64,000 nucleotides of DNA from Eukaryota sp. GEM-RC1 (GCA_040285855.1 JAUFOQ010000002.1:2914001-2978000), one strand, 5' to 3'; shown: positions 33,926 through 46,792, numbered from the stretch's first letter. The notes: a model not told the origin generated them from the letters alone. Numbers and translations: made by a program.

Positions 33926-36283
33926 ATGACAACAATAGAAAATAAAAAGAACGAGGTTGCTGAACTTAGGAACCTCTTAGAGAGTCCTGCAGTACGTTCA
34001 GATGATGGTAAACGCTGTGAAGTTCTCAAACGTGTCGTTGAAGCTTTTACCCTCGGCATTGATGTGTCTTCTCTGTTCTCCAACATCATCATGATGGCCA
34101 ACACACAGGACTTAATCCAGAAGAAACTTATATATCTATTCCTTTCTAAATATGCCGAAACCTCTCCTGACCTCACTATGCTTGCTGTCAATACTCTCTT
34201 AAAAGACTGTGCTGACGAAGATCCTGCCACCAGAGGTCTTGCCCTTCGCCAACTCTGCAATCTACGTGCTCCCACCATCGTCGAATACCTCTCGGACCCT
34301 GTTAAAACCGCCCTCGCCGACCGTTCTTCCTATGTCCGTAAAACTGCAGTCTTTGGCTGTCTTCGTCTCGCCATCCTTGACTCCTTTGATCCCTCTTTCT
34401 ACCCAACGCTATATGCTAAGCTCCAGGATCGTGACAACCAAGTTAGAATCTCTGCAATCATTGTTCTCTCCCGAATCTCCCAACTGCACTCTAAAACTCT
34501 CTCCCTGCCCAGATCATGTCTCTTCTCCCTTCTTAACGACTTGTCTCGGCTTCCCTGCTTTCTTCAAGCTATTGTTCTTGAGATGACGTCATTTGTTTCC
34601 CCAGCAAGTGAGGATGAGCTCTTTACTTTGTTGAATATTGTTGACTCTCGGTTGGATCATTATGAGAACTCTTCTGTTGTGATGGCAGCTGCTGATGTGA
34701 TGATTAAACTCACAAAGGATCGTCCTGATCTGATTGGTGATGTGATTGATCGCATTTCTGAGCCTTTATTGACGCTGATTAATGATATTGAAAAACCAGA
34801 AATTTCAATTATTGCACTTGGTCATATCAAACATTTAATTGAATTATCAAACGTGTTTTGTTCAATTGAAAAATTGAAAAAATTCGTAATTCGAAGATTT
34901 GAATCAACTGCCACCTCAAGGGTCAAAATCAATCTATTAGCCAAAGCAGCAATCAAAAGTAATCAAGTAGAGGTCTGTGATTGGGTACTTGATGAGCTAT
35001 CCCATCTACTCTACCACAAATCAGATTTGATTGCAATCGCCGCAATCAACGCAATCACTCTCATCGCATCACGTCAACAAGACATGACCTCCAAATGCCT
35101 ACGCCTATTCTGTGAAATCCTCGGCAACGCCACGGCCATTTCCAACTTTGGAATTACCCTCACCCCTGCTCACTACACGTGCTGCTCAGCCATCCGCCAG
35201 ATTGTCTCTCTAACCTCCTTTTCTGGTGGGGATTCCAAGGATTTCTGCATCTCTTTAGTTTGCAGGTTGTTGTCTATTGAACGGGGAGCTCTGTTTGTTA
35301 AGAATGGTGATGATCACGCTGAGAGTGCATTGATATCGTTGTTGTATGTGTTGAATTTGTTTAAAAGTGAGATTCCTGAATCTCCTTATTTGGTTGAGCA
35401 GTTTTGTATGTCATCTGTGTTTAATGAGCTGTCGTTGATTGCTCAGATTCAGTTGATTAATTCTGTGTTTTCGATCTTTGTCGAATATCCTGCAAAATGT
35501 GCTCCAATTTTGAAAATTTTGTACTCCTTGGCTAAAGGTTCAATGTATTACGAAGTTAGCTACAGAATAGAGTTTCTAATGAAGTTTGTTATTAAGAAAG
35601 ATTTGTCTACACTTGGATTGCTTTTAAAATGCGATGCTGAAGAATTTAGAATTCTGGATGATTTAGACAATGAGAATGCAGTTGCTCAGCTAGCTGAGTT
35701 CAATACAATCAAAATGATTGAAGGTTACAATCAATCATCAATTTCGGCAGCGGAAACGTCATGCAAGCCAATCAAAATATTGCTGGTCGACCATGACGAG
35801 CCCTTGAACTTCGACTCTGATGGTGACGTTCCAGAACAAAGTTCTCGTGTTGAGGAAGTGGAGGAAGATCTGTTGGACTTTGCAATCACGAATGATGATG
35901 ATGATGATGATGATGATGACGTTTCTGCTTTTGAGCTTCTTGTTCCTTGTAAAATCACTCCAAAGGAATTCCAAAGATGTTGGAGTCAGTTCTCGTCTTT
36001 CAGTCCAGAAACTAAATCACTACAGAGACCCTTTGTAAATGATAAGGAATTAGTTCGAAATATTTCTTCTAGATTTGAAAATTTAGTCAAAGTCATTGCT
36101 CATGGACAGCCTGGTCCAGATCTAGTACGGGTTTTCTTTGCTTTAAAGCTGGATATTGATGAGGAATCGTTTGTTTTGTTTGAGTGTTTAGCCAATCCTA
36201 ATGGTGCTACTTTTACTCCAAAGTATTCTAGTAGTGTTAATAAGAAGTTTGTTTCAGAGTTAGTGGAATTTATTGAGTTGTAA
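33926..36283 (+). CDS. AP4B1: Adaptor protein complex beta subunit, most like AP-4 beta
   Basis: GIDVSSLF...KKLIYLFL..YA...LAVNTLLKDCADEDPATRGLALRQLCNLR, YVRKTA, and a C-terminal appendage (ITPKEFQRCW). Confidence 0.75.
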   Translation: MTTIENKKNEVAELRNLLESPAVRSDDGKRCEVLKRVVEAFTLGIDVSSLFSNIIMMANTQDLIQKKLIYLFLSKYAETSPDLTMLAVNTLLKDCADEDPATRGLALRQLCNLRAPTIVEYLSDPVKTALADRSSYVRKTAVFGCLRLAILDSFDPSFYPTLYAKLQDRDNQVRISAIIVLSRISQLHSKTLSLPRSCLFSLLNDLSRLPCFLQAIVLEMTSFVSPASEDELFTLLNIVDSRLDHYENSSVVMAAADVMIKLTKDRPDLIGDVIDRISEPLLTLINDIEKPEISIIALGHIKHLIELSNVFCSIEKLKKFVIRRFESTATSRVKINLLAKAAIKSNQVEVCDWVLDELSHLLYHKSDLIAIAAINAITLIASRQQDMTSKCLRLFCEILGNATAISNFGITLTPAHYTCCSAIRQIVSLTSFSGGDSKDFCISLVCRLLSIERGALFVKNGDDHAESALISLLYVLNLFKSEIPESPYLVEQFCMSSVFNELSLIAQIQLINSVFSIFVEYPAKCAPILKILYSLAKGSMYYEVSYRIEFLMKFVIKKDLSTLGLLLKCDAEEFRILDDLDNENAVAQLAEFNTIKMIEGYNQSSISAAETSCKPIKILLVDHDEPLNFDSDGDVPEQSSRVEEVEEDLLDFAITNDDDDDDDDDVSAFELLVPCKITPKEFQRCWSQFSSFSPETKSLQRPFVNDKELVRNISSRFENLVKVIAHGQPGPDLVRVFFALKLDIDEESFVLFECLANPNGATFTPKYSSSVNKKFVSELVEFIEL

Positions 36284-36332
36284 TTATAGAATAAATACTT
36301 TTGTATGATTGGTTTCTTTATGTGAATTACTA

Positions 36333-36809
36333 CACTCTTCACAACAATTAGTCTGAATTCAAAATTAGTCTGAATCAGACTAATTATTGTTTGACCAAGT
36401 TAGGAGTGTCCAATATTTTTCAGTCAAATTGTAATACAGTATACATCCCTTACTTTCAGTTTTTTTCCTAGACACTTTGGTTGAATTGCCATATACAGCC
36501 CGTGTCATCCATTATTGGCACTTGTTTGAAAGATAATTCGGTCACTAATCAATTTTGAAAAAGTATTTCGATGGCCGATCATTCCTGTTTCTGAATTTCT
36601 TCGGTTTTATACCTCTATTTTAGGTGCCAACAACGATCCTGATGTACAACATAACATTTATGAAGACATAACATGGTTTCATGATCAGCATAGTTTTTGT
36701 GTTTGTGATAATGATTCAGACTAAATATGAATATTCATAATTACTCTGATTCAGACTAATTTTCCCAGTCATTAATTAGTCTGAATCAGACTAATTGTTG
36801 TGAAGAGTG
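36333..36809. mobile_element. Non-autonomous DNA transposon (MITE) with 24-bp TIRs CACTCTTCACAACAATTAGTCTGA and TA flanks (Tc1/mariner-like)
   Basis: 36328-36356 is the exact reverse complement of 36786-36814; TA on both sides; internal palindromic repeats; no ORF. Confidence 0.85.
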
Positions 36810-36871
36810 TAGTAGTCTTACTCACTTAGAACAAAGACATGTTGTGTTTGCGTTGAATTTTTTACAATTCA

Positions 36872-37384
36872 ATGACTTCCAGAATCCTCCGTGAAATAAG
36901 ATCACTACAGAACAGCCCACCTCCTGGGATCTCACTGCTTTCACATGACCATACTTCTTCGATTCTCGCTCAGATTGAAGGTCCAACTGCTACTGCATTT
37001 GAAGGATGTTCATTCAATGTTCGATTGACTTTTCCTAATGACTTCCCTCGTTCTCCTCCTACTGCCATGTTTGAAACTTCAATTTTTCATCCTAACATTT
37101 CTGTTGAAGGCAATGTTTGTGTCAACACTTTGAAGCGAGATTGGACATCGGAAACAACTGTGTCCAAAGTCTTACACATCATTTCCTGTCTTCTTATTGA
37201 ACCTTTCCCGGAATCGGCTCTCAACGAAACAGCTGCACGTTTAGCATTACACGACTATGCAGAATATGTTCGTCGTGCAAAACTACATTCAAAGGTTCAT
37301 GCACAGTCAAAGACTAGTGAGCAGCAAGTCGCAAAAACTAGTTCTAGTACACAATCTAAGAAAAAGCGATTGTCCCGGTTATAG
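36872..37384 (+). CDS. UBE2S: Ubiquitin-conjugating enzyme E2 S
   Basis: FHPNISVEGNVCVNTLKRDW, CLLIEPFPESALNE and the C-terminal KKKRLSRL tail. Confidence 0.9.
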   Translation: MTSRILREIRSLQNSPPPGISLLSHDHTSSILAQIEGPTATAFEGCSFNVRLTFPNDFPRSPPTAMFETSIFHPNISVEGNVCVNTLKRDWTSETTVSKVLHIISCLLIEPFPESALNETAARLALHDYAEYVRRAKLHSKVHAQSKTSEQQVAKTSSSTQSKKKRLSRL

Positions 37385-37750
37385 ACGTTCTCTTTCTTCA
37401 TGTTTTGTGTCTAGTTGCTGTCAGTATACAATGTAGTTTCTTATTACGCATTACTATTGAGCATCGTTAAGTCGAGTCTTCTTGGTGATAAAATGTAACT
37501 TATTTGATGTATTATTATTTTAGTATTATTATTTTTCCTCTTTAATGTTTCACTGTGTCTGGTCAAACGATGATGAATTTCTTTTCCAGCACAGGTCCTA
37601 ATATCATCAAGAATTAGACATGTTAAATTTAACAGCACCTAATCTTACATGAAGCCTTTGCTACAATCAACCACAGTTACATCTCATTCTAATATGTTGT
37701 GTAACTGCAAGGAATAGAAATACGACACGATTTGACACGTCATCATTTTT

Positions 37751-37758
37751 GCGCCAAA
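37751..37758 (-). promoter_or_regulatory. Putative E2F-type site TTTGGCGC, about 50 bp upstream of the nucleoside kinase start
   Basis: gcgccaaa on the + strand; same octamer as at the PLK promoter. Confidence 0.35.
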
Positions 37759-37807
37759 ATATCATCTTACATCCTCGATTCACTCTTTATCTTTAATCCC
37801 TTCCTCT

Positions 37808-39534
37808 ATGGTCAAATCTATTGTCTGCATATCTGTCCGCCATAATGACTTCTCAAAAACTCTTGAGTACCCTTTGTTCACGAAAGTGATCAACGTTCTC
37901 GAAGATGTTGATTGTGCCGCTCTTTCTCGTAAAACCATTGCCGCTGTTTTGGTCAATAATCAGGTCTATTCACTTCACGATCGTATCGACATCAACTGCA
38001 CTTTGGTTCCTGTTGGTTTTGATACTGAAATTGGAGCGGCAATATACCGTCGCTCATTATGTTTCCTTCTTGCCATGGCTTCTTCTCAGCTTTGGCCAGA
38101 GAGACGCCTAATCATTTCTCACTCAATCGGTCATAGTTTATACTATTATTTCGAGACTTCCGAAGCCACTACATCTGATGTTCAAGCTCTCAAAACCAAG
38201 ATGAAAGAGTTAATTGATCTCAGTCTTCCAATGAAAAGGATGACGTTATCTTTTGATGATGCACTGAGTCATTTCAAAGAAGCTGGATTACAGCAAACTC
38301 TCTCTCTTTTGCAACACAAGAACAATCCTAGAATCCATGTAAATGTTTGTGGAGAATCTATTGATCTCTGGTACTCCCCATTGGTTGAAAACACTTCATA
38401 CTTGTCTGCTTTCGAGCTAGAAAAGTATCAAGAAGGTCTTATTGTTCGATATCCTGCTTCGAGTGAACCCAACAAGGTAGCTCCCTTTATTGACAATCCA
38501 GTTTTGTATAAAGTCTACAAGGAGCATAATATTTGGGGGCGTTGTCTCGATGTCCATTGCGTTGGTGCTCTTAATGACACCATTCTCGAAGGGAAGGTGC
38601 AAGACTTTATTCATGTTGCTGAATCTCTACATGATGGAAAAACTGCGCGAATTGCAGATAAAGTTCCTGAAAGCTGTAAGTTGATATGTATTTGTGGACC
38701 TAGTTCATCTGGAAAGGTATACCCCATTGTTTCACTCACTCTAGACCACGTTCTCTCACAAGCTTGGTATCGCACTTCAAGCCCGTGGATGGAAACCAAT
38801 AACCATGGCCTTAGATGATTACTATGTCCCCCGTAAAGACACCCCATTAGATGAAGACGGTAATTATGATTTTGAGCAGCCTGATGCTCTTGATCTTCCC
38901 TCTATTGAATGAAGATTTGGGAAAGTTGTTCAATGGTGAGACGATCACCAAGCCCAAGTTCAACTTCATTACTGGTCTCCGTGAGAAGGGAAAACAGCTG
39001 ACTCTCCCTGATCGCGGTATTCTCATTATGGAGGGCATTCACGGACTCAATCCAAGATTGACCGAGCGAATTCCTGATGAATTGAAGTTCAAGATCTTCA
39101 TTAGTCCTCTATCTCAGCTGAATATCGATGATCATAACCGCATTTCTACATCAGATAATCGCTTGATTAGAAGAATGGTCAGAGATAAGCAATTCAGAGG
39201 TTATGCTGCTGAAGAAACTTTTGATATGTGGCCTCGTGTCCGCAGAGGAGGTATGAATATATTCGCGTAACTAATCACAGAAGACAAGTATATCTATAGA
39301 TTCCAAACTGAAGCAGATGAAGTTTTCAATTCAGCTCTTGATTACGAATTCGCTGCATTGAAAGTTATTGCTGTTCCTTTGTTACAGCAAATCAAACCCC
39401 CTTCTCCTCACTTTTGTGAAGCAAGAAGACTACTTGATTTCTTCCATCATTTCCACACTATTATGCCAGATCAAGTCCCACCTAACAGTCTTTTGAGAGA
39501 ATTTATTGGAGGTAGTGTATTCAATGTTCATTAA
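37808..39534 (+). CDS. Bacterial-type nucleoside/uridine kinase with an N-terminal TGS/ThrRS-like domain; introns 38717-38744 and 39251-39280; frameshift near 38900
   Basis: IYRRSLCFLL, ICGPSSSGK|TTF, LDDYY, DFEQPDALD, EGIHGLNP, RLIRRMVRD, FNSALDYE and SLLREFIGGS. Confidence 0.88.
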
Positions 39535-40775
39535 ATTTGTACAGTTTTCTTGTTTTGTAAAAATGGTTTGAGTATGGAGTTATTTGTTTGGCATAAGTTA
39601 TCACATGGCAGAGTCATGATGACACAGATTGTAGTCTGGTTTGGTGATCAATCTGCAAAGAAGTATAATTCAAATTTTCAAATGCAATATCAAATTGTGT
39701 GTAATTTGCCAAGAAATTTTCAAACATCTACACACACTTGTGGTCATGAATCATGAGTGACAAGGAGGCAATGAATTCTAGGTGCTTGATACGAAAACAT
39801 GGATTCAATTTTTAGATATTTGTTTTGAATAGTAGTTGCAAACTCTTGGTTGTCACCTGCTTGTTTTTTTTAATGCAGTCGAAGCAGTTTAGATGATGTT
39901 TTTGATTATGTATACTTCATATCATCCCAATGCCTCTATTACGAAGGTTTGTTTGAAAAAAACTACATGTAGTACATAGATTCTAAAGCAAGAGTTGAAC
40001 ATTCAGAAGCTCCCAAAGATATTGAATTAATATGTGTTTCCACTAGAGAATTCATAAACATAATAACATCTAAATTGAATTGGGACAAGAAGAAAAAGGC
40101 TTCATTGTATGTATACATCTTTTTCACTCTTCTGTGTGGCATATTTTTGGTGGATATGATTCTGTGTTGATAGACTATTCACAATTCTACGTTTTCTGGG
40201 AGCGTTATATATTACTGTAAAACGGAAATAATTAACTTTGGTTTAACAGAATTTAATAGTACGCAGCTAGAGAATGAATTTCTTGTATGAATCAGAAACA
40301 TTTCTAAAAACAACATTTACAAGAGATGAAAACTAGATTCAGGGACGAAACTGGACCTCCACCCACCAGAACCAGTTTTTTATTTCCTTTACCATTACAT
40401 TATGTCCAAGGAAACAATTAGGCCGAACCTAATACAATGTATATCGTATTCTCAACAGGGTTTCTTGTACAGACTGTTGTCACAGTTTTTGAAATCTACT
40501 GGCCAAAATATAGCGTAGTTCAAGAGTAGATCGATAACAGTAAGAACCTAAAAAGATCTTATGGCAATTGGATTGTTAATTGTACCAGTCAAGTATTTCA
40601 GTCAAATTTTAAATATCTGGGTGATTTCTGTGACGAAATTTGTACATCATTGAGTAAGATACTTTCAGCTACATATAGTATATAATTAATATAACTAATA
40701 CATATATTCTCACCTTATCATTTCACTTATCGACTCGACTAGAGGAAAGAGAACGGTTATTGTCGAGATAACAAA

Positions 40776-42270
40776 CTATAGAACAATTTCATCACAGTAT
40801 ACAACGTCTTTGCAGGTTTCAATTGGTACAGATATTGACTTAAAGAACGTACATGCAGCTCTTCTTACTATGGGAGTATGCCAAGAAAAACGAGAGAAAA
40901 CAGACGTGAAAATGTTTTGCTCAATCAACAACTTAAAACAATTAATGTCAAGATAATCATGAATCAAAAAGGAATCCCAATCTGATGTAGTATTCTACAA
41001 CACTTCTTGTATGACAGTACGACAAACAGATTCGAGAAATGCGATTTTCCCAACATTACGATTACAATTAATAACAACTGAATCTATCATACCAGAAGTA
41101 ACGTATTGATTGATGAAACGTAATGATGGTCCAACCATTTTAATGATTTTGTAGTAATCCAGGCCCAGAAGTGAAGTTAAATTCCTAATTACAGTGGCAT
41201 TAGGGTAATCAAACCAGAACTCTACTACATTAGATTTAATTTTAGGAATCAAATTGGTATTATAAGCACTACAGTCTGTCACCGTTAGATAAATGGGAAA
41301 AGGTAAAGAGCCTTCACCACCATAACCTCCAATCAATTGAAATAACAATGAGCCAGGGTGAATTAGCTCAGCATCATCAATAACTAATGAATACTTATTA
41401 GTTCGTAATGCCTTTCTAATTACTCCAAAGCACTGCTTCTCCGTCCAGTTAAGTGCACTCAAACCCAGTTTGAGGTTCAGTCTAAGGTTTTCACACAAAG
41501 ACAAACTGGGATGCAACCACAACACATGTTTTTTTCTTTAAAAAATTAAAAAGAGACACTGATTTACCACATCCAGACTGACCAGCCAATACGATCATTG
41601 TGTTAGTTGATAAAGAAGCAATCTTCTCATCTAATTCTAAGGGTACGGAAACTTTGGGAAGATCGACAAGATTATTAAAATGACCAAGAGTATGGGCATC
41701 AAGAGTTTGAGAGAGAGTTGGATTACAAATATAAAACATTGCCATTAAAGCACCAATTACTACCAAAATTGAAATTGGAACCATGTTCTCAGTAAGATGG
41801 TTGGGGGAATTAGCATTGAACAACACCAACACCAATGGAAGCAACAAGAACGCGGCATAAGAGCTATAAATAAATTGAAGGGGGAGATTGAATCCATCGT
41901 ATGTAATAGGGCATTTAAAATAGAAGATGGCAGCCCCCACTAGATTCAAAATAGCCAACAGCATCAAAATACCGGTGACATATGAAGGGCACGAATTACC
42001 TTTTTTGCAAGAAAGCTGCCAGGATAAAGAGGAGCAAAAGTATGAAGAGAGAGAGTAAAAGCAATTAACATGGATGATACGTATATCGCATGTATCGAAT
42101 TGCATGACAAATAGTAACAGTAGCGCAACAAAAAAAAAGGTCCCAAGTGGTATCATGAAAACAAAGATGTTGACAATGTACAAAACTACCTTGAGTGAAC
42201 TCTCCGATGAACTGGGAGAAAACACTGCATCTGCTGTCTGAGTGGGCTCGTGGACTTCAAGAGATGTCAT
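40776..42270 (-). pseudogene. Multi-TM membrane protein with a P-loop ATPase domain; disrupted by a frameshift and an in-frame TAG
   Basis: Several hydrophobic helices, then VLAGQSGCGKS (Walker A) and LVIDDAE (Walker B); in-frame TAG at 40995-40997. Confidence 0.55.
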
Positions 42271-43075
42271 GTATTGTTCTTAGTACAGTGGAAAGAAAGC
42301 ATTTACATGGATTTGTTTTAGTCTCCCAAAATTGGTCTCACCAGAACTCAGTGAGACTATTTTATTACTGAGACTAATTCTACACAAGTGTTGAAGTGAA
42401 AAAATACACTTCAATACTCAGATATACTCACAAGCATACCAATGATCGTCATCATCTAGGCTGAAATCAATTATTGATCCTCAATTTATGATAGGCAAGC
42501 CTTTTCCGTGATGTTCAACAGATGCAACATGGATTTGATCTCGTTTTAAAGGATTTCGGGTTGTATCGAAATTCAATGTTTTGAAAAGGTGTATCCTTGG
42601 CCCCAAGTAGAAGAATATGAGATCTAGAGTCAATATTATACATTAAAAGGGAACAAGTGTAATTCATTCCAGCTGTTTGTTGTTAGTACCATCTTTAAGG
42701 TAAGGAACAGTTTCCCTCAGAGTTGATTATTAACTATTTTCGATCCGAAAAGGAACACACACTGAATACCAAAATCATTCCCTACCATTTGTCAGCAGTG
42801 GTTGGAATGGTGAAGCAGTCCACACATCGGTGACAACTGCGTATAAGGACGACGACTGTTGAAACTGTCTGAATATTTTCAAAAGATAATATATTACCAT
42901 CTTCAGCTTGCAGAAGTGGAGTTCGAAAATCAAAGTTTGTTTAAAAAACAAACAGGTACTTAAGTATGGTTTAAGCACAATATTTGCACAGGTTCAAATG
43001 TCGTGTAAAGGAAACCCCAAGAGATGTTTTGTCTTTACATCATCATGAACTGTTTTGTCCCTTTCAGCTACAAAT

Positions 43076-46051
43076 ATGATAATGTTAAGCTCATGTATCG
43101 GTCTTCCTAAATCAGTTAGTCCAGGTGGTTCATCATCAGATCTTTCTTCAGACTTCCTGCACTTTCAGCAATCGTTGTTAGTTCTTGTCAATTCTCACTT
43201 GATTCAACGTTTGTTGAATGCTTCTCTCAGCTCCCGTTCACTTCCCTTCCATTTATCATATAACAAACTGCTTCTCATTCTTCTTTCAAAATGTTGGCTA
43301 CCTTAGCGAGTACTTCTTTGCCACTATTTCCCCTTCAGTAAAGATGTTTTTAGAATCAAACACTTCCACAATCGACTCCAGTCACCTTCCAGTGTTTTCT
43401 AGAATTACTTCCTTTTCAATGTAGACAATGCGTCTATTTGTTTACACGTGGAATATTCACTTACTGCATCTTTCTTGAAGTTGAAGTCTGACTATCAAGG
43501 ATATACCTCTATGATATCTAGTCTAGTCATGTCATTAGACTTTTCTTCAGACTTTGAGAAATCCGTTGATTTCTCTTTTCTTGATCCTACTTCTTCTTTC
43601 TTCTTACCACAGCTTAAACATCTTCAAATCGAAGTCTCTTCGCATGCTGAGTGGGATTCTTTTTACCATGTAATGTCCAATAATCCTACTGTTGAAGATT
43701 TAAAGATTTTCTTAGACTATGTTGAACATTTTGATCCTGAGAATTTGGCAGAAGCTGTCTCATCAAATTCCAGTTTGCGCCGAGTCAGTCTTGGTTGTAG
43801 TGATCGTGACTTTGATGCGAATGATGCTAAATTTATCGTAATCATTGAAGCTCTTTCAACAAATGCTTCCATCAAGACAGTAGATTTGTCTAAACTTGAG
43901 GTAACTGATGACGTGATTGTGACACCACTTTTAAATAATTCAACTATCATCAGTTTGGTTTTTCCAGCACTAGATCTCGGAAGCAATGTTTTTACCTCTC
44001 TAAAGCACAATTTGTCTCTTCAAAGTATTACTATTGATCAAAGCAGATTTAATTCTAATGACCTGGCTGAAGTTTTAAAATTTAATACGGTTTTAAAAAA
44101 ACTCGAATTAAGAGAATGTTGCTGCTCTCTGGATCCAATATTTGAATCACTTGAATTCAATACGTCTCTAATAGAGTTTTGTATCATTGATGATTCGAAA
44201 TCTCTCAATAATCAAGAAGTTCAATCGCTAGCAGAAATGTTTAAACGTAATTCATCGCTTCTTTTCTTCAGACTTCCGGGGACTTCTTTGTCTTATACGG
44301 ACCTTGTCGAAATTCTTAAAGGTCTCGAGTATAATTCAGGACTACAAAAGTTTGATCTTCCTTCTTTGGAGTTTACTTTATCTAACTTTCTGGACATATT
44401 TCAAATATTGCATTTTTTCAGACAGACTATTATGTTCGATTTTCGTCCTGACATTATCGATTTCAGAAATGGTTTTCTTTGTTGTTCGTCTCCTTCTTAT
44501 CTTGAGATAACATCCATTGATGTCTCGCGTCTACAGTCGTTTTTGACTGGTTTTGATTGCCGGAAACTTGCTCTCAACGGGTGCAGCTTTTCTGATGATT
44601 CGATTACAGCTCTGTGTGATTTACTGAGGGTCAATAACTCTCTGACTTCTGTTGACTGCAGTGATTGTCGATTGTCTGATACCAGTATTTTATCAATTGT
44701 GGACGCAATTCAATCAAATTTTACCTTAAAAATGGTTAATCTTAGTAATAATCACATTCAACTTACCGGTATGCTGACGATTTTTGAGTTGATTTCCACT
44801 GGTAAACTTTTCTCAAATATTCTATTATCTCCTCATTTTTTAAACGTTTCTACTGGATATATTCGTTATTTGAAATCACTTAAGAGCTCCGATATGGTTT
44901 CTCTTTTACGCTCTTTGAAGTCAAATGTTGCTATAACTCGACTTGATTGTGAATCATTTGAAAAACTCAATCTAGCAGGACTTATGGATTTATTTGAAAT
45001 TCTGTCCATCAACAAATCATTGCTAGATCTTGATATTTCTCCTCATTTAATTGACGTTGAAAATTGTGTTTTTTGTTTTTCTCCAGAAAGATTTACTGAA
45101 ATAACTACTGAAGAAGTCTCATGTCTAAAATCATTTTTGGAGATTTTTTCCATTCATCATTTGGCTCTCCAAAAATGTTTTATTTCTACTGAATCAGTCA
45201 CCAATTTATGTAATATAATCAAAGTCAATAATTCTTTAACTTTCCTTGACTTCAGCGACTGTAGATTATCTGATCACTGTCTGTTGAAACTAATTGATTC
45301 CCTTCAATTCAATTCTTCCTTGAAATGGGTGAATCTAAGGAACACTCAGCTCAGCTTCACGGGAATATTCAAGATTCTTGAGCTTCTTTCCAATCACAAA
45401 CTCTCACCAAACCTCAACATTTCTCCTCATTTTATAAATATTGAAGCTGGAAATCTGTGTTTCTCTCCCACTTCTATTCATCGAGTTGTTGCTCCTGAGC
45501 TTTTACTTCTTCAGAAGTACATGCATCCCTCGAGGATCAGAGAGTTGAGTTTTAATAGATGCCTGTTTTCTTACGAATCAGTTGTATCTTTGTGTGATTT
45601 AATAGAGTCCAGCGATTCATTGACTTCTCTTGACTTGAGTGAGTGCTCTATAACTGATATCATTTTTCTAGACATCATCGCTGTTCTTCAAACCAAGTCC
45701 CATAACCTAGATTTATCCTTTGCATCTAACTCAATAACTAAGAAAGGTGTCAAAGCTTTGGCAGAAGTCTTGAGTGTAGGACTTTTTCTTACCAAAGTTA
45801 ACTTAACCAAGAACAGCATAGAAGATTCAGGAACCATTGCATTGGCAGAAGTGTTGAGAGATAATGCTACTATTCAAGAACTTAGTTTAAGGAAATGTGG
45901 TATTGGAGCAGAAGGTATATTAGCGTTGGGAGAATCGTTTAAAAGTAATTCATCACTTAAAATGATAGATTTACAAGACAATTCTATTGAGCCGAAAGTC
46001 AAATCATATATTGAAACGATTGTAGGTGAGCGTATAATCTGTCTCATGTAA
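43076..46051 (+). CDS. RNI-like leucine-rich-repeat protein (LxxNxSLxxL repeats); 5' part frameshifted
   Basis: 867-aa ORF with repeats such as LKHNLSLQSI, LRVNNSLTSVD and LRDNATIQELSL; upstream short ORFs probably form the N-terminus. Confidence 0.85.
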
Positions 46052-46323
46052 ACGTCATCAAGTTTAACGTGCTTAGGGAAGATATTTTGAATAAATTATT
46101 AATCGAAAACTTTTAACCTAAATGGTTTAACATCTCTCGTAAATCGGTTTAATCCAGATCTGTCTCAACATTAATATCCACATGTCATTTTTTAAATAAA
46201 AAGAAAGATTTTTGATGAAACATTTGATACAGTTATTGTCTGATCAACATCTCCGCAATTCTGCTATAAAAGTGTATTTGCAACAATAAGTTAATACATA
46301 CTAATTCACAAAATGAAAGAAGT

Positions 46324-46792
46324 TCAATTCTCCACATCAACACGAGAATTATCCCTCAACAACTTGGAATAAGTGGAACGTAAACACTTGGGAATGTTTC
46401 TATAAAGAGCAAAGATAAATTCGATTAATCCACACAGAAGCAGTAAAAACCTGACCATTAGAACGACATACAAGACTAAAATCAATTAAAAACCTGCTGG
46501 ACCAATATTACCAAAAAATGAAATTGCAAATGGACCAAATGAACACTTAGAAATTGTAATTCATTTGGTGAATGAGAGCCCTACTTAAAACATAAACTTT
46601 GCTTAAGCTTCTTCAAAACATCTGCACAAGTAGAACACTTTCGCTGTTCAGCCTTTTCAATATGACCATTTGATTCATTCAAAATGGAGTCTTTGTAGAC
46701 TTTTGCAAAGGGGTAATCTGTAGTAAAATCAACCACAACTTGAGATGAATCCAGGAAAGGAGCAATTAGATCACCACGCTGAGAATCAAACA
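46324..46792 (-). mobile_element. RLE retrotransposon remnant, truncated by the duplication junction
   Basis: QRGDLIAPFLDSSQVVVDFTT...AEQRK...PFAISFFG. Confidence 0.75.

Noticed and set aside
35892..35919. (GAT)n microsatellite
   Set aside because: It simply encodes a poly-Asp linker within the adaptin.
40995..40997. TAG/TAA reassignment to Gln (hexamitid-type code)
   Set aside because: Conserved genes (UBE2S, calmodulin, ABCA, uridine kinase) end at TAG or TAA where expected, and long ORFs lack internal TAR codons.
42775..42978. hAT transposase relic (AVVTDVWT resembles the first catalytic-Asp motif)
   Set aside because: A single short motif with no other recognisable hAT blocks or TIR/8-bp TSD.
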